64,000 nt of DNA from an uncultured delta proteobacterium (GTDB lineage Bacteria; Desulfobacterota; Desulfomonilia; Desulfomonilales; Desulfomonilaceae). Made by a program: the position numbers and the translations under genes. The notes beneath the pieces were generated by a model, which was given only the letters and a program-made list of their open reading frames with translations, was not told the origin of the DNA and did no database searches. This document shows, in pieces, positions 30,660 to 40,638 of the stretch. Numbering within the stretch: position 1 is the stretch's first letter; the number at the start of each line of letters is the position of its first letter. The DNA is taken from the NCBI GenBank assembly GCA_963789265.1, contig CAWBKB010000005.1:192001-256000 (forward strand), given 5' to 3'.

Positions 30660-30936
30660 GAGCGCATAGTCGGCCAGTCTGGCCAGAGGGATATTCTCGC
30701 CCAGCAGCAACTCCATACCTCTGTCAACAAAGAAATCCTGATGTCGAAACAATGGACTTCGGCCCGAAAGCGCATCCAGGATCATCGCTAGCACCACCCT
30801 GCCAGGTCTGACTTCCATATCGCAGGCAACCAAGTGGTCAATCTCTTCCACCGAGACCGATCCTGCAGGCGTAAGCGGAAACGACGGGGAGAAACCTCGC
30901 GTCCGTAATCTGAAAACCAACCTCTTCCGAACTCAT
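30660..30936 (-). pseudogene. IS1634-family (DUF4277-type) transposase N-terminal remnant
   Basis: GAGGAGG RBS and ATG at 30936. Reads MSSEEVGFQITDARFLPVVSAYACRIGL/VEEIDHLVACDMEVRPGRVVLAMILDALSGRSPLFR..FF..MELLLG (frameshift near 30851), after which recognisable similarity stops; no DDE domain. Confidence 0.7.
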
Positions 30937-31202
30937 GGGAACCTCCTCAAAAAGGCCCCCCTCGTCCTATCACAGAAAACGTCTCCTCGTGCAAGCTGTA
31001 ACATATTGATATTATCATGCGACCCAAATGAAAATAATCCGAATCTGGAGCCCACTGCTGCCGAACGCAAGATTTATCATCAGCGCATTGTTCTTGTCTT
31101 TTCCCTTCTCGGAAAACCCGTTGGAGTAGACGGAGTAGCGGACGACACAGAAATTGTTTATCCAAAAGAGTTTACCAAATAAATCGCTTCCTACGCAATG
31201 CT

Positions 31203-31592
31203 TTAGAGCAGAACAGCGATAAAGGCAAAGAGGCCGATGAGCAGTAGCAATATCGCCACAATCAGGGTGATAGGACGGAAATCGCCGTACTGAAACTGCT
31301 GTTTCTCAACTCTTTTGAGAATACGAAAGTGTTGCACAACCGCTGAAATCAAGCCAAGAATCCCCAGGGCTATGAAAGCGCTGCCAAAAACCCTGGCGCT
31401 GTGTAATGGGTCGTGAATTCTATCCGGCCGAACCATCTGCACATAGTCAAGGACTTTACTGATGCCGAATCCGAAGCCTATCAACGCAAGCGACGTCCTG
31501 ATCCACGCCAGAAGAGTTCGATCAGCAGCCTCTCGAGTGCGCTCTTTGGCCAGTTCAGTCGATATGTCGGAGCTTGTTGGCTTGTCTGACAT
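31203..31592 (-). CDS. YidH/DUF202 membrane protein
   Basis: Signature LAKERT..AADRTLLAWIRTSLALIGFGFGI; three TM segments. Confidence 0.88.
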   Translation of the reverse strand: MSDKPTSSDISTELAKERTREAADRTLLAWIRTSLALIGFGFGISKVLDYVQMVRPDRIHDPLHSARVFGSAFIALGILGLISAVVQHFRILKRVEKQQFQYGDFRPITLIVAILLLLIGLFAFIAVLL

Positions 31593-31756
31593 TGCTTTCT
31601 CCACGTAACCTATCGCATCATAAGTTAAACACGATTAGTGTGAGCCCCTCCACCCCAGTTGCCGGAGAGGGGTGCAATTGTCTTCAGTGAATCCGTTCCA
31701 TTCAGGTTCTTTCACAACATGATACTCACAGAAGTGAGACACGCCCGATCATATTC

Positions 31757-32395
31757 TCACGGCACAACCGCCGGCAAAGCCCCAAGCGTCTGCAAACTCT
31801 TGATGATGAACTCCGTAGCCAGCATGGCCTGGAGCACGGCCATGATCCACCCGATCACCTGCAGAATTGAAGCAGGGAAGTGCTTGAGCAATGCATCGGA
31901 ACACCAAAACGTAATCAGGTTCAGCACCATGATCACGAACAATAGCACAATAGTAATGACCTCCTGAAGGGAATCGCCTTTTGCGATGGCCACCAGGGCC
32001 GTAATCGCTGCAATGCCGGGTGCGGTGACAATAGCAGGAATCACGAGGCGAAAGGAGGCAATGGGTAAAGATGGGTGGGATGGTCCGGCTGTTTCTCTTG
32101 GAGGCGGCGGAGCAGCCGGTCGTGGTCGCATCACTATCTGGAGGGCCTGGTAGAAAAGGATGATGCCACCGGTGATCGCGATGGCGGGAACAGAAACGTG
32201 CCATCTGGCCAACACTATTGAACCCAGCAGCGCCACACTGAGGACAATGGCGGTGGCTGTTGCCGTGGCCCGCCAGGCCACTGATCGGCGGAACCCCGGT
32301 TCTGTCCCCTGGGTTAACTCTGCAAAAGGTCCGATGGCCTTGAGGGGACCAAGGGTGACGAAGAAAAGTATGAAGATGTCTGACGTCGTAAACAT
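31757..32395 (-). CDS. MarC family membrane protein
   Basis: Motifs LFFVTLGPLK, ITGGIILF and IPAIVTAPGIAA; six TM segments. Confidence 0.82.
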   Translation of the reverse strand: MFTTSDIFILFFVTLGPLKAIGPFAELTQGTEPGFRRSVAWRATATATAIVLSVALLGSIVLARWHVSVPAIAITGGIILFYQALQIVMRPRPAAPPPPRETAGPSHPSLPIASFRLVIPAIVTAPGIAAITALVAIAKGDSLQEVITIVLLFVIMVLNLITFWCSDALLKHFPASILQVIGWIMAVLQAMLATEFIIKSLQTLGALPAVVP

Positions 32396-32765
32396 ACAAA
32401 CCTCTCGGTTATTTGTTCATTGAAAAGCTGTAACATCCGGGCAATGTTGAACCCGTAAGCTCGGCTTCGTACTCCAAGACCGGCTTGCGGAGGGATCGCT
32501 GCCTTGCGCTCGGCGTAGTCGTAAAAGTGCCATGGTTCTTGGCAACCGAGGGCACTGCCGCGTTGCAAACAGACTGAGAAGGTTTAGTTGCGCGCCATGA
32601 AACGCAACCTTGATCCAGCCCTACTCAAATCAGTACCCCCGCAGATCGGCAGTACTCTGTGAATCTGCTGCTTCGCGCGCTACTTCACCCCTTCTGGTCC
32701 CATTTAGTGAGGGGCCCGGATGCTGTGCGCAAACCAGCCCCCCGCTGTCTCGTCTCAGAATACTG

Positions 32766-34260
32766 CTAGCGGCTCCCGGCACCCTGTTGGAGCTTCTCCA
32801 GGACCTGATCGATCGTGAAGCTCGCCGCCTTCTGGCGCGGCGGGAACTCCTTGAATGTCGCCAGGAAGTCACCCACGTACTTCTGCGCGGGAAGGAACAG
32901 GTAGACGTGATCGAGCACCCAATCCCAGTAAGTGTTCGATGTGATGTCCGCGCGCTCAAAGGGGTCCGTGCGCAGGTTGAAGAGCTTCGGAAACCGCAAA
33001 ACTACCAACGGTTCCTGCCAAATCCGAAGGGTGCCTTGCATCCGCTGCTCCATGAAGATTAGCTTCCAGTTGTCGTAGCGCACGGCCATCAGGTCGCCGT
33101 CGTCGGAGAAGTAGAAGAATTCCACGCGCGGGCTCTTCTCCTCTTCACCTTTCAAGTAGGGCAGGAGATTGTAGCCGTCGAGGTGCACTTTGAACTTCTT
33201 GCCGCCAGCCTCGTGGCCCTTAAGTAACTTGTCCTTGATGGTCGGTTCGCCCGCAGCCGCCACTAGAGTGGGCAACCAGTCCATATGGCTGATGATTTCA
33301 TTAGATACGGTGCCGGGCTTGATCACACCGGGCCAGCGCAACATTGCAGGAACCCGGAATGCCCCTTCCCAGTTGGAGTCCTTCTCATTGCGGAAGGGCG
33401 TCATACCCGCGTCAGGCCAGGAGTTCATGTGCGGTCCGTTGTCGGTGCTGTACATGACGATCGTGTTGTCGGCGATGCCGTGCTCGTCCAGCTTCTGGAG
33501 CAGCGCGCCCACGAGTTTGTCGTGGTCGATCATGACGTCGTGGTATTCCGACTGCCAGCGATGGGACTGGCCTATGCTCTCAGGCTTGGCATGCGTGCGG
33601 AAGTGCATGTGCGAGGTGTTGAACCATACAAAGAACGGCGTCTCTCTCTTGACTTGGCGGTCAATAAAGTCCGTTGCCTTGTCAAAGACCTCGTCGTCGA
33701 TGGTCTCCATCCGCTTCTTCGTCAATGGGCCGGTGTCTTCAATGCGACCGTCTGCGTAACACTGGAGCACGCCGCGCGGACCGTAGTTCTTCTTGAAGTT
33801 CGGGAAGTCCGATTCCGGGGGATAGTCGCGGCAGTTCTGGCTCCTCACATGCATTCAGGTGGTAAAGAAAGCCAAAGAACTCGTCGAAACCATGGTTGGT
33901 CGGCAGGAATTCGTCCTTGTCGCCGAAGTGATTCTTGCCGAACTGACCTGTGGCGTAACCCAGCGGCTTCAGTAGCTCGGCGATAGTGGGATCCTCAGCG
34001 CGCATGCCGAGGTCGGCGCCCGGCATTCCTACCTTGCTCAATCCCGTGCGGAAAACGCACTGCCCGGTGATGAACGCCGACCGCCCTGCTGTGCAACTCT
34101 GCTCGCCGTAGCAATCTGTGAACAGCACCCCTTCCTCGGCGATGCGATCGATGTTCGGTGTCCGATAGCCCATCATGCCGCGATTGTAAGCACTGATGTT
34201 CCAGTAGCCGATATCATCTCCCCAGATGACCAAAATGTTGGGTTTATTCTGTGTCGCCAT
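32766..34260 (-). CDS. Arylsulfatase (Cys-type); +1 frameshift near 33829
   Basis: Motifs [45 protein letters not shown] and [17 protein letters not shown]. Confidence 0.9.
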
Positions 34261-34299
34261 AGATCCTCCTGAATTTGTTGTGAAAAGTGGATTGGTCAA

Positions 34300-35722
34300 T
34301 CATCGCTCCGGAACTTCTGCTTCAAGGTTTTGCTGGCCTGGTTGGCCACATCGCACCTCCTTCCGCCCGCGATTGGATTCGGTTAGTTGGTTTCCTTGAG
34401 CTCTCTTACCCTCAACGGACTCCTCCCTACCGTGACATCGCTTGAACTTAAGACCGCTGCCGCATGGGCAGGGATCATTGCGACGTGCTTTGGCAAATGT
34501 CTCGGCCAGTTTGACATCCTCACTCACCAGGATCTGCATTACCTGGGTGGCCGGCCATCCCCGACGAAGCAGCGCCGCCATGATTTTGATAGGTCGGTCG
34601 ATGTGATGGAAAAACGCCTTATAACCTGCACACAGATAATTTAATCCCGGCTCCCCATGCGGTGTCGTGCGAAAACGGTTTTTCGGACACTCCCCATGGC
34701 AGGCAAATCGGACCTCGCATTCAGTACAGTAACGTGGCAACATATCTAGCTTGTCGCGGCCAAACTTGAGCTGCTGATTGGAGCCGACCAATTCGATCAT
34801 GTGGGTTTGCTGGAGGTTGCCCAGCAAGTAGTTCGGCTCGACAAAATGGTCGCAAGAGGTACAAATCGCCGTTATGTTCCAGGGCGAGTCCATGACCGCA
34901 CGTAGCATCGAAGACACACATTCCGCATGATGGCAGGCCGAGCCAATTTCTCAGGGCTGCCTCGAACGTTTGCACAAACACCTTGCCCACATCGTTCCGC
35001 ACCCATTTGTCAAAGATGGTGATCAGGAAGTTTCCGAGTTGCTCCGGCCTCACAGAGCGATCCGAAACGCTGTTCCCGTCTTGGTAGAGAGTGACGCTCC
35101 CTTCGTTTAGGCGCTCGATGACCGGAATGAACTGAATCCAGGTGGTACCGGCCTCGTCACGGAGAAATTGGTAGACCTCGAGCGGGTGATCGGCATTTAC
35201 ACGATTAACGCTCGTCAGAATGTTGTATTCAACTCCATGTTTCTGCAGCAGCCGGAGGCCTTGCATCACCGTTTCAAAGGTGGGCCTTCCTCTCTTGTCT
35301 ACCCGGTGTGTATCGTGCAGTTCACGAGGACCGTCTATACTGATACCAATCAGGAAATTGTTCTCACGGAAGAACTCGCACCATTTGTCGGTTAACAGTG
35401 TGCCGTTTGTTTGCATGGTGTTCTCAAAGGTCATGCCTGGCTTCTTGTATTTGCTCTGGTATTCTATGGCACGCCGAAAGAAGTCGATCCCCATCAGGGT
35501 GGGTTCTCCACCTTGCCAGGCAACCGTCACTTTGTCCGTGAGATGAGACCCGATGAGCTGGCGGATATAGACTTCCAGCACTTCGTCACTCATGCGAAAG
35601 TGACTTCCGGGGTAAAGAAGTTGTTTGTTCAGAAAGAAGCAATAGGAGCAGTTCAGGTTGCAAATCGCACCCGTTGGCTTGGCCAACACATGAATCCGCC
35701 GGGGTCTTTCTTGGTTCGTCAT
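34300..35722 (-). CDS. Anaerobic sulfatase maturase (radical SAM/SPASM) with C-terminal SEC-C motif; +1 frameshift near 34858
   Basis: Motifs AKPTGAICNLNCSYCFF, WQGGEPTL, QTNG, NGDLY/SCDHFV, C..C.VRFACHGECPKNR, NYLCAGY and RNDPCPCGSGLKFKRCHG. Confidence 0.92.
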
Positions 35723-36452
35723 GACTGGCACTCCATGAAAGCTTGTTGGCACCTAATCAGTGACGGATATTCGTAGACACTGTTCAGGGTCAAATCCGCT
35801 GGTAAGAATCACCGCGTCCCGTGTTCGCCCATTTCTTCGATCCCGGCTCAAATTGAAATTGTGCGGCGGTCTTGCCGTTTCGGGAGTGTTTGGCCTGGCA
35901 ACCAGTCATTTGATGGTTGCTCGGACCACGAAAAGGTCGCCGCGTTGTCTATGAGAGCCTCAATTGAGCCAAAGAGTGTCATTACGTAGATTGAAAAATG
36001 AATTCAACATGTCCGTTTGTTGACAAGAAACAACAACAATCTGCTTATAATTATTATACGTGCCAAACTAAGTAACTCTGTCTCAAGGGAATAATTCCTA
36101 CAATCATCCTTCCCGTATTAAGCATCGCCGCGTGAGACCGATCTGTCAACCATGTTTTTCTCATGGCTCCGACACTTCACACAGCCTCGGACAATCTCAT
36201 CTGTGGCAGCCGATGCACCTCCGGGATGCAGCGGGAAGCCCGTGAGGCCGAAGGTGGTGCGGCGGAGACTTTGCGCCGGGAATTTAGGTTAGGGCCTACA
36301 AAGAGAATGGTTTACTGATTTCGCCGGAACGAGCGGCCAACGGTTCGGTTAAAATCTTAACCGAAAACCCGAGACGCTTTCATGGCCGGATCGCAAACGC
36401 CTAAGGACTCCCTTTCGCAAATACGGTGACGTTAAAAAAACCTGCACCGAAG

Positions 36453-36538
36453 GAGATTGCTTCGCTGCCCTCGCAATGACAGACAATGGGCATGTCATTG
36501 CGAGGAGTGAAATCCCGCGCCCCGCGGGAAAGCAATCT
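36453..36538. repeat. REP-like doublet GAGATTGCTTCG..CTCGCAATGACA / TGTCATTGCGAG..AAGCAATCT
   Basis: Inverted pair. Related units occur near 7942, 19904-19931 and 63911-63947. Confidence 0.7.
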
Positions 36539-36676
36539 GCACCCTGAAGTTATGTGACGAATGTGTGAAATAGAGTGCGAAGCTAAGCCCTGACGCCGGG
36601 ATAGCGGCCGCAGTATTACCACACGACACTCCGAAGAGTCAGTTCTTCTCTTCAACCCTTGGGACGCCGTTTAGAT

Positions 36677-36847
36677 TCAACTTTTGAGTTTAAGTGGCTT
36701 GTCGCAGCAGGTCAGACATTCATTTGGTTTGCAAGCCTTTGACTCTTCCCGTGCGCAGTCGCATTCTTTGGTGATTTTAATCTCGAGTCCGCAGGTCTCG
36801 CAGGCCCACACTTGATTCAATTTCAGGTCAGCGCAACATGACGACAT
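36677..36847 (-). CDS. 56-aa Cys-rich desulforedoxin-like protein (absent from the ORF track)
   Basis: Manual translation: MSSCCADLKLNQVWACETCGLEIKITKECDCAREESKACKPNECLTCCDKPLKLKS*; AAGGAGG RBS. Confidence 0.8.
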   Translation of the reverse strand: MSSCCADLKLNQVWACETCGLEIKITKECDCAREESKACKPNECLTCCDKPLKLKS

Positions 36848-37056
36848 GAGTGGTCCCTCCTTTATTGTTCAATTGTGCCTACAAATTAAGGTCCCGAAAT
36901 AAGGATGGCACGTGTTAGCCGGCGTGTCAATCTTCAGATCTTGGGGAGGTTCTGCTAATTTCTTGCCCTTGCGGGGGCGCTTCAGTATTGTGGTGGAGTC
37001 GCGTGGAAAGATACGTGGAGTGTTGATGTGCGCAGGGGAAAGGCTCATGCTTATAA

Positions 37057-37246
37057 ATGAGCAGTCATGAAATCATTAGGAGACTGGAAGCTGACGGATG
37101 GTATAGGCTCCGACAAAAAGGAAGCCACATCCAGTTTGGACATCCGACCAAAAAAAGGGCGCGTGACAGTACCGCACCCGAAGAGAGACAGGACGATACG
37201 GACCATCAAAAGTATTGAAAAGCAATCGGGACTCCGTCTTTTGTGA
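37057..37246 (+). CDS. hicA: HicA mRNA interferase toxin (+1 frameshift in an A7 run at 37150-37156)
   Basis: Manual translation: MSSHEIIRRLEADGWYRLRQKGSHIQFGHPTKK/GRVTVPHPKRD...SIEKQSGL; the catalytic GSH motif is present. Confidence 0.88.
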
Positions 37247-37261
37247 TCCGAGGGAACTTAA

Positions 37262-37615
37262 ATGGCTGACTATGTGGCACTGTTGAGCAAAGACCCTGGT
37301 AGCTCCTATGGTGTAGATTTTCCGGACTTTCCGGGCTGTGTAACGGCAGGCGATACCTCTGAGGAAGCCAGAGAATTGGCGTTAGAAGCGCTATGCCTGC
37401 ACATAGAAGGCATGGTCCGGGACGGCCAACCTATTCCCTCACCGACCCCCGCCGAGCGCATTACGAATGACCCGGCTAATAAAGACGCTGTGGACTTTTT
37501 TCTGGTTAGCGTGCCTGACAATTTAATGAACAAAAGTAGGCAACATCGCAGGACCGATCAGTCATTCGAAATGGAAACCTGCGATTTGTCCTGGAAGAAC
37601 ATGGATGCTATGTGA
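37262..37615 (+). CDS. hicB: HicB antitoxin
   Basis: YGVDFPDFPGCVTAGDT.EEA..LA.EAL.LHIEGM..DGQPIP.P; directly follows hicA. Confidence 0.9.
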   Translation: MADYVALLSKDPGSSYGVDFPDFPGCVTAGDTSEEARELALEALCLHIEGMVRDGQPIPSPTPAERITNDPANKDAVDFFLVSVPDNLMNKSRQHRRTDQSFEMETCDLSWKNMDAM

Positions 37616-37651
37616 TTTTTCACCTTGCGGCGCTAGTCCTAACTGATTCTC

Positions 37652-38515
37652 CTACTCGCTCTCAATCTTCTCCTCAACCTTGATCGCGTTTGCGAAGCGG
37701 GCGAATTCCTCAGGAGAAAGCGTTTCACCTCGCCTGCCGAGATGAATGCCCGCGTTACGCGCCGCCAGCGCCAGCGTTTGTGAGCTCAACCCAAGTGTGG
37801 GAGTATTGCGTAAAGCGTTCTTCAGAGTTTTGCGACGCTCGGCAAAGGATGCCTTGACGAGACGTGCCAGTAGACCGCGGTCTGTCACCCGAAACGGGGG
37901 TACGTCGGGAAACAACACTTTTACGAGAGTTGAGGTCACCTCCGGCACAGGAAAAAACGCATGTGGAGGAATGTCGAAAACCAACTCCACCTTGGCACTT
38001 ATCCCGAGCAGGACGGTAAGTACTCCATACTCTTTTGCTCCCGGTTCCGCAATCAGACGCTCAGCGACCTCCTTTTGAAGCAAAATGTAAAGAGACGTGA
38101 AAATTTCACGATTTTCCTGAAACATGAAAAGAAGACGACTGGAAATGTTGTAGGGCAAATTTGCGACCACCCGAAGTTTTCCGATTCTTCCGGCAAGAGC
38201 ACGAAAATCATACTTCAAAGCATCCGCGTGTATGAGTTCCGCGTCAGGAGAATGGGCAAATTTTTCCTCCAGGACTCGAAAGAACCCTGAATCAACCTCC
38301 AGAGCGCAGACCTTGGCGCCGCGTTTGACAAGAGCCTCGGTCAATATACCCAGTCCGGCCCCCACTTCGACTACAGCTTCACCGGAAATGATTTTGGCCG
38401 CGTGCACGATTTTGTTCAGATAATGGAAATCTACAAGGAGATTCTGTCCTAGCCATTTCTTTGGCGCCAAGCCATATCCCTTGAAAATCTTTCTTATTTC
38501 AGATGCGTCGGACAT
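37652..38515 (-). CDS. rsmA: 16S rRNA adenine dimethyltransferase
   Basis: Motifs KKWLGQNLL, EVGAGLG, VANLPYNIS, QKEVAERL and RRKTLKNAL. Confidence 0.95.
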   Translation of the reverse strand: MSDASEIRKIFKGYGLAPKKWLGQNLLVDFHYLNKIVHAAKIISGEAVVEVGAGLGILTEALVKRGAKVCALEVDSGFFRVLEEKFAHSPDAELIHADALKYDFRALAGRIGKLRVVANLPYNISSRLLFMFQENREIFTSLYILLQKEVAERLIAEPGAKEYGVLTVLLGISAKVELVFDIPPHAFFPVPEVTSTLVKVLFPDVPPFRVTDRGLLARLVKASFAERRKTLKNALRNTPTLGLSSQTLALAARNAGIHLGRRGETLSPEEFARFANAIKVEEKIESE

Positions 38516-38531
38516 GCTAAAGAATTGCGAA

Positions 38532-39282
38532 CTACCACGGACTCTCGAAAATGTCTTGCCGGCGACCGGAGGGAGGCTTGGAAGAGGCTATTTGCATCGC
38601 CTTGTTCAGATCTTCAACCGCTTCTCGGGACCTGCCCAGATTGGCCAAGGCAATGCCTCGGTTGTTATAAGCTGTTGAATCATCAGGATCGAGTTGAATT
38701 GCCGCGTCATAGTCTCTGACGGAATTCTCATATTCACCGGAAGCGGAATAGATATCACCTCTGAGTCTGTAAAGCGCTGCATTGTTCCCATGAAGTCGGA
38801 TGCTCTGAGAAAGATCATCCAGGGCTCTTTGCGTCTGACCACGATAGAAACAGTGCCTGCGCGAGTTTGCTTCGGGCATAAGGATTCTTTGGCTGAAGCT
38901 CCATAACCTTTGTGAAGTCCTTAACGGCTTGCTGATATTGACCGGTCCTGAACAAAGAGAGCCCACGCCGCATGTAGTATGATGCCTGGTGTAGTTTGAG
39001 AGAGATGGCTCTGGTAAAGCCCTTTATGGCAAGATCCTCCCGATCTTGGGCACTGTAGGCGAGGCCGCGGTAGTGATACAAAACAGTATGTGGATCGCTC
39101 GCGATAGAGCGAGAAAAGAGGTCAACGGTCTCATCGGGTCTTCCGGACTTGATGGCTTCTCTTCCGGAAGATAACGTTGCCTCGATGTTATCTGCCAGGA
39201 GCAGAGGCGTTTGGCCGATGAAAAAAACCATAAATGCGAATACTACCGGCCATAAGGCCTGCCGGATTTTCATGTTAAGCAT
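38532..39282 (-). CDS. Secreted TPR-repeat protein; +1 frameshift near 38849
   Basis: Signal peptide and repeated YxxRG..A..DF..AI.L.P units across two ORFs. Confidence 0.82.
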
Positions 39283-39649
39283 ACCCTCCGAAAGAAATAG
39301 ATAAGTGGTCCAAGTCCCTGTTGGCTCTGCCTGAAAAAATTCAAGTCCCAGGAGCCAAAGGCTTTGCGGGCTTAAACTTCAGGCTTGGCTAGTTCAGAGG
39401 AACGAGGGAGCGCAGATAATAGAGCAAGGAGGCCTGACTTTGCAACCTCACGCTCTCTCCTAAGGATAGGCGGCGCGTCTAAAACGAATTCCTATGAAAA
39501 CGTCCTGTTATTGGCCGGCAATCCCGCGTCCCGCGCGGAACGGTCCTACTGACGTTTTCATGTTTCGTTGTAGCTTTCTAGCTATGGGAGTTGGTATCAC
39601 ATAGGCGATTCCGATTTCCCCGAGAAAGCTGTCTCGGTTTTCTACGAAC

Positions 39650-40549
39650 TCATGAAGAGAGCGCGAATACGTCCATAGCAATCTTATCGGCCAGCCGAGA
39701 CTTTTCCTCGTTAGCTATGCCGAAACGTCTGCAAAAACCTTCTAGCAGCTCTGGTAGTGCTTCAATCGCGTGCATGGAAAAACTGTCACCGCCGGTTTGC
39801 CAGTAGAGAGCGCGGACCTCCCGGCAATCCTTTTCGCTGAGCCGAGGGTTGCAAGCGTTCAGGTTCCGGTCGCTCACACGCAAGGCGTTGGTTAGTTGAA
39901 GGTCGGAGTTTCTGACCGAGGCTTGCGGGCCGTCCGGCACCATTCTGTAAAGATATAAAACCTCAGGCACAATTTCGGTGTTGTTCTTGGTCGAAATTCG
40001 AGACCAGAGGTCGTAATCCTGAGCGCATGACAAATTTTCATCATACAAACCTGCATCGAGCACCGACTTCCTCCGCAGCATCACTGTTCCGTGGCCGTAA
40101 TTATTGTGGAACTGTAGCCGCCAAAGCCTGTAGACGGGATCGGTGATAAGCTCCTTCCTTTCGATAAGTAGGCCCTCAGCATCAACTATGTCGAAAAAAC
40201 AACCCACCAGGTCCAGTCGGCTGTCTGCGTCAAGTTCGTGCACTTGCGCTTCGAGCCTGATCGGCAAGCTCACGTCATCTGCATCCATTCTCGCAATGTA
40301 TTCGCCACGTGCCAGGATCAGGCCCTTGTTCAACGAACGAGTAAGTCCCATGTTATCTTGATGCACAACTATAATTCGTTCGTCGTTGAAGCGGTGAAGT
40401 ATAGGATCAAGTGGTTCAGTGGAACCGTCGTCTATAATGAGGAATTCAAAATTACGGTAAGTCTGATTGAGAATGCTCCGGATTGCTTCCGCAAGAAAGT
40501 CTTCCCCATTGAATACGGACATCAGCACTGTGACCTTTGGATTTGCCAT
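39650..40549 (-). CDS. GT2 glycosyltransferase
   Basis: Motifs PKVTVLMSVFNGE, IIDDGS, ARMDADD and QDYDLW. The start is either 40549 or 40564. Confidence 0.9.
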   Translation of the reverse strand: MANPKVTVLMSVFNGEDFLAEAIRSILNQTYRNFEFLIIDDGSTEPLDPILHRFNDERIIVVHQDNMGLTRSLNKGLILARGEYIARMDADDVSLPIRLEAQVHELDADSRLDLVGCFFDIVDAEGLLIERKELITDPVYRLWRLQFHNNYGHGTVMLRRKSVLDAGLYDENLSCAQDYDLWSRISTKNNTEIVPEVLYLYRMVPDGPQASVRNSDLQLTNALRVSDRNLNACNPRLSEKDCREVRALYWQTGGDSFSMHAIEALPELLEGFCRRFGIANEEKSRLADKIAMDVFALSS

Positions 40550-40638
40550 CCGGATGGGTTTCACCTTGGTTTACTTATGAATACAGCCCCGCTGAGGGTG
40601 AATTGCGCTGGATGTTATCTGTTCGGCGGCGCAGGGGC

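Noticed and set aside
32400..32760. ORF fragments between marC and the sulfatase
   Set aside because: They could be a gene remnant, but I cannot assign a family; the overlapping ORFs appear spurious.
36020..36067. TTGACA...TATAAT on the plus strand and TTGGCACG on the minus strand upstream of the maturase
   Set aside because: The sigma-70 spacer is 20 nt, and the sigma-54-like site lacks the -12 GC.
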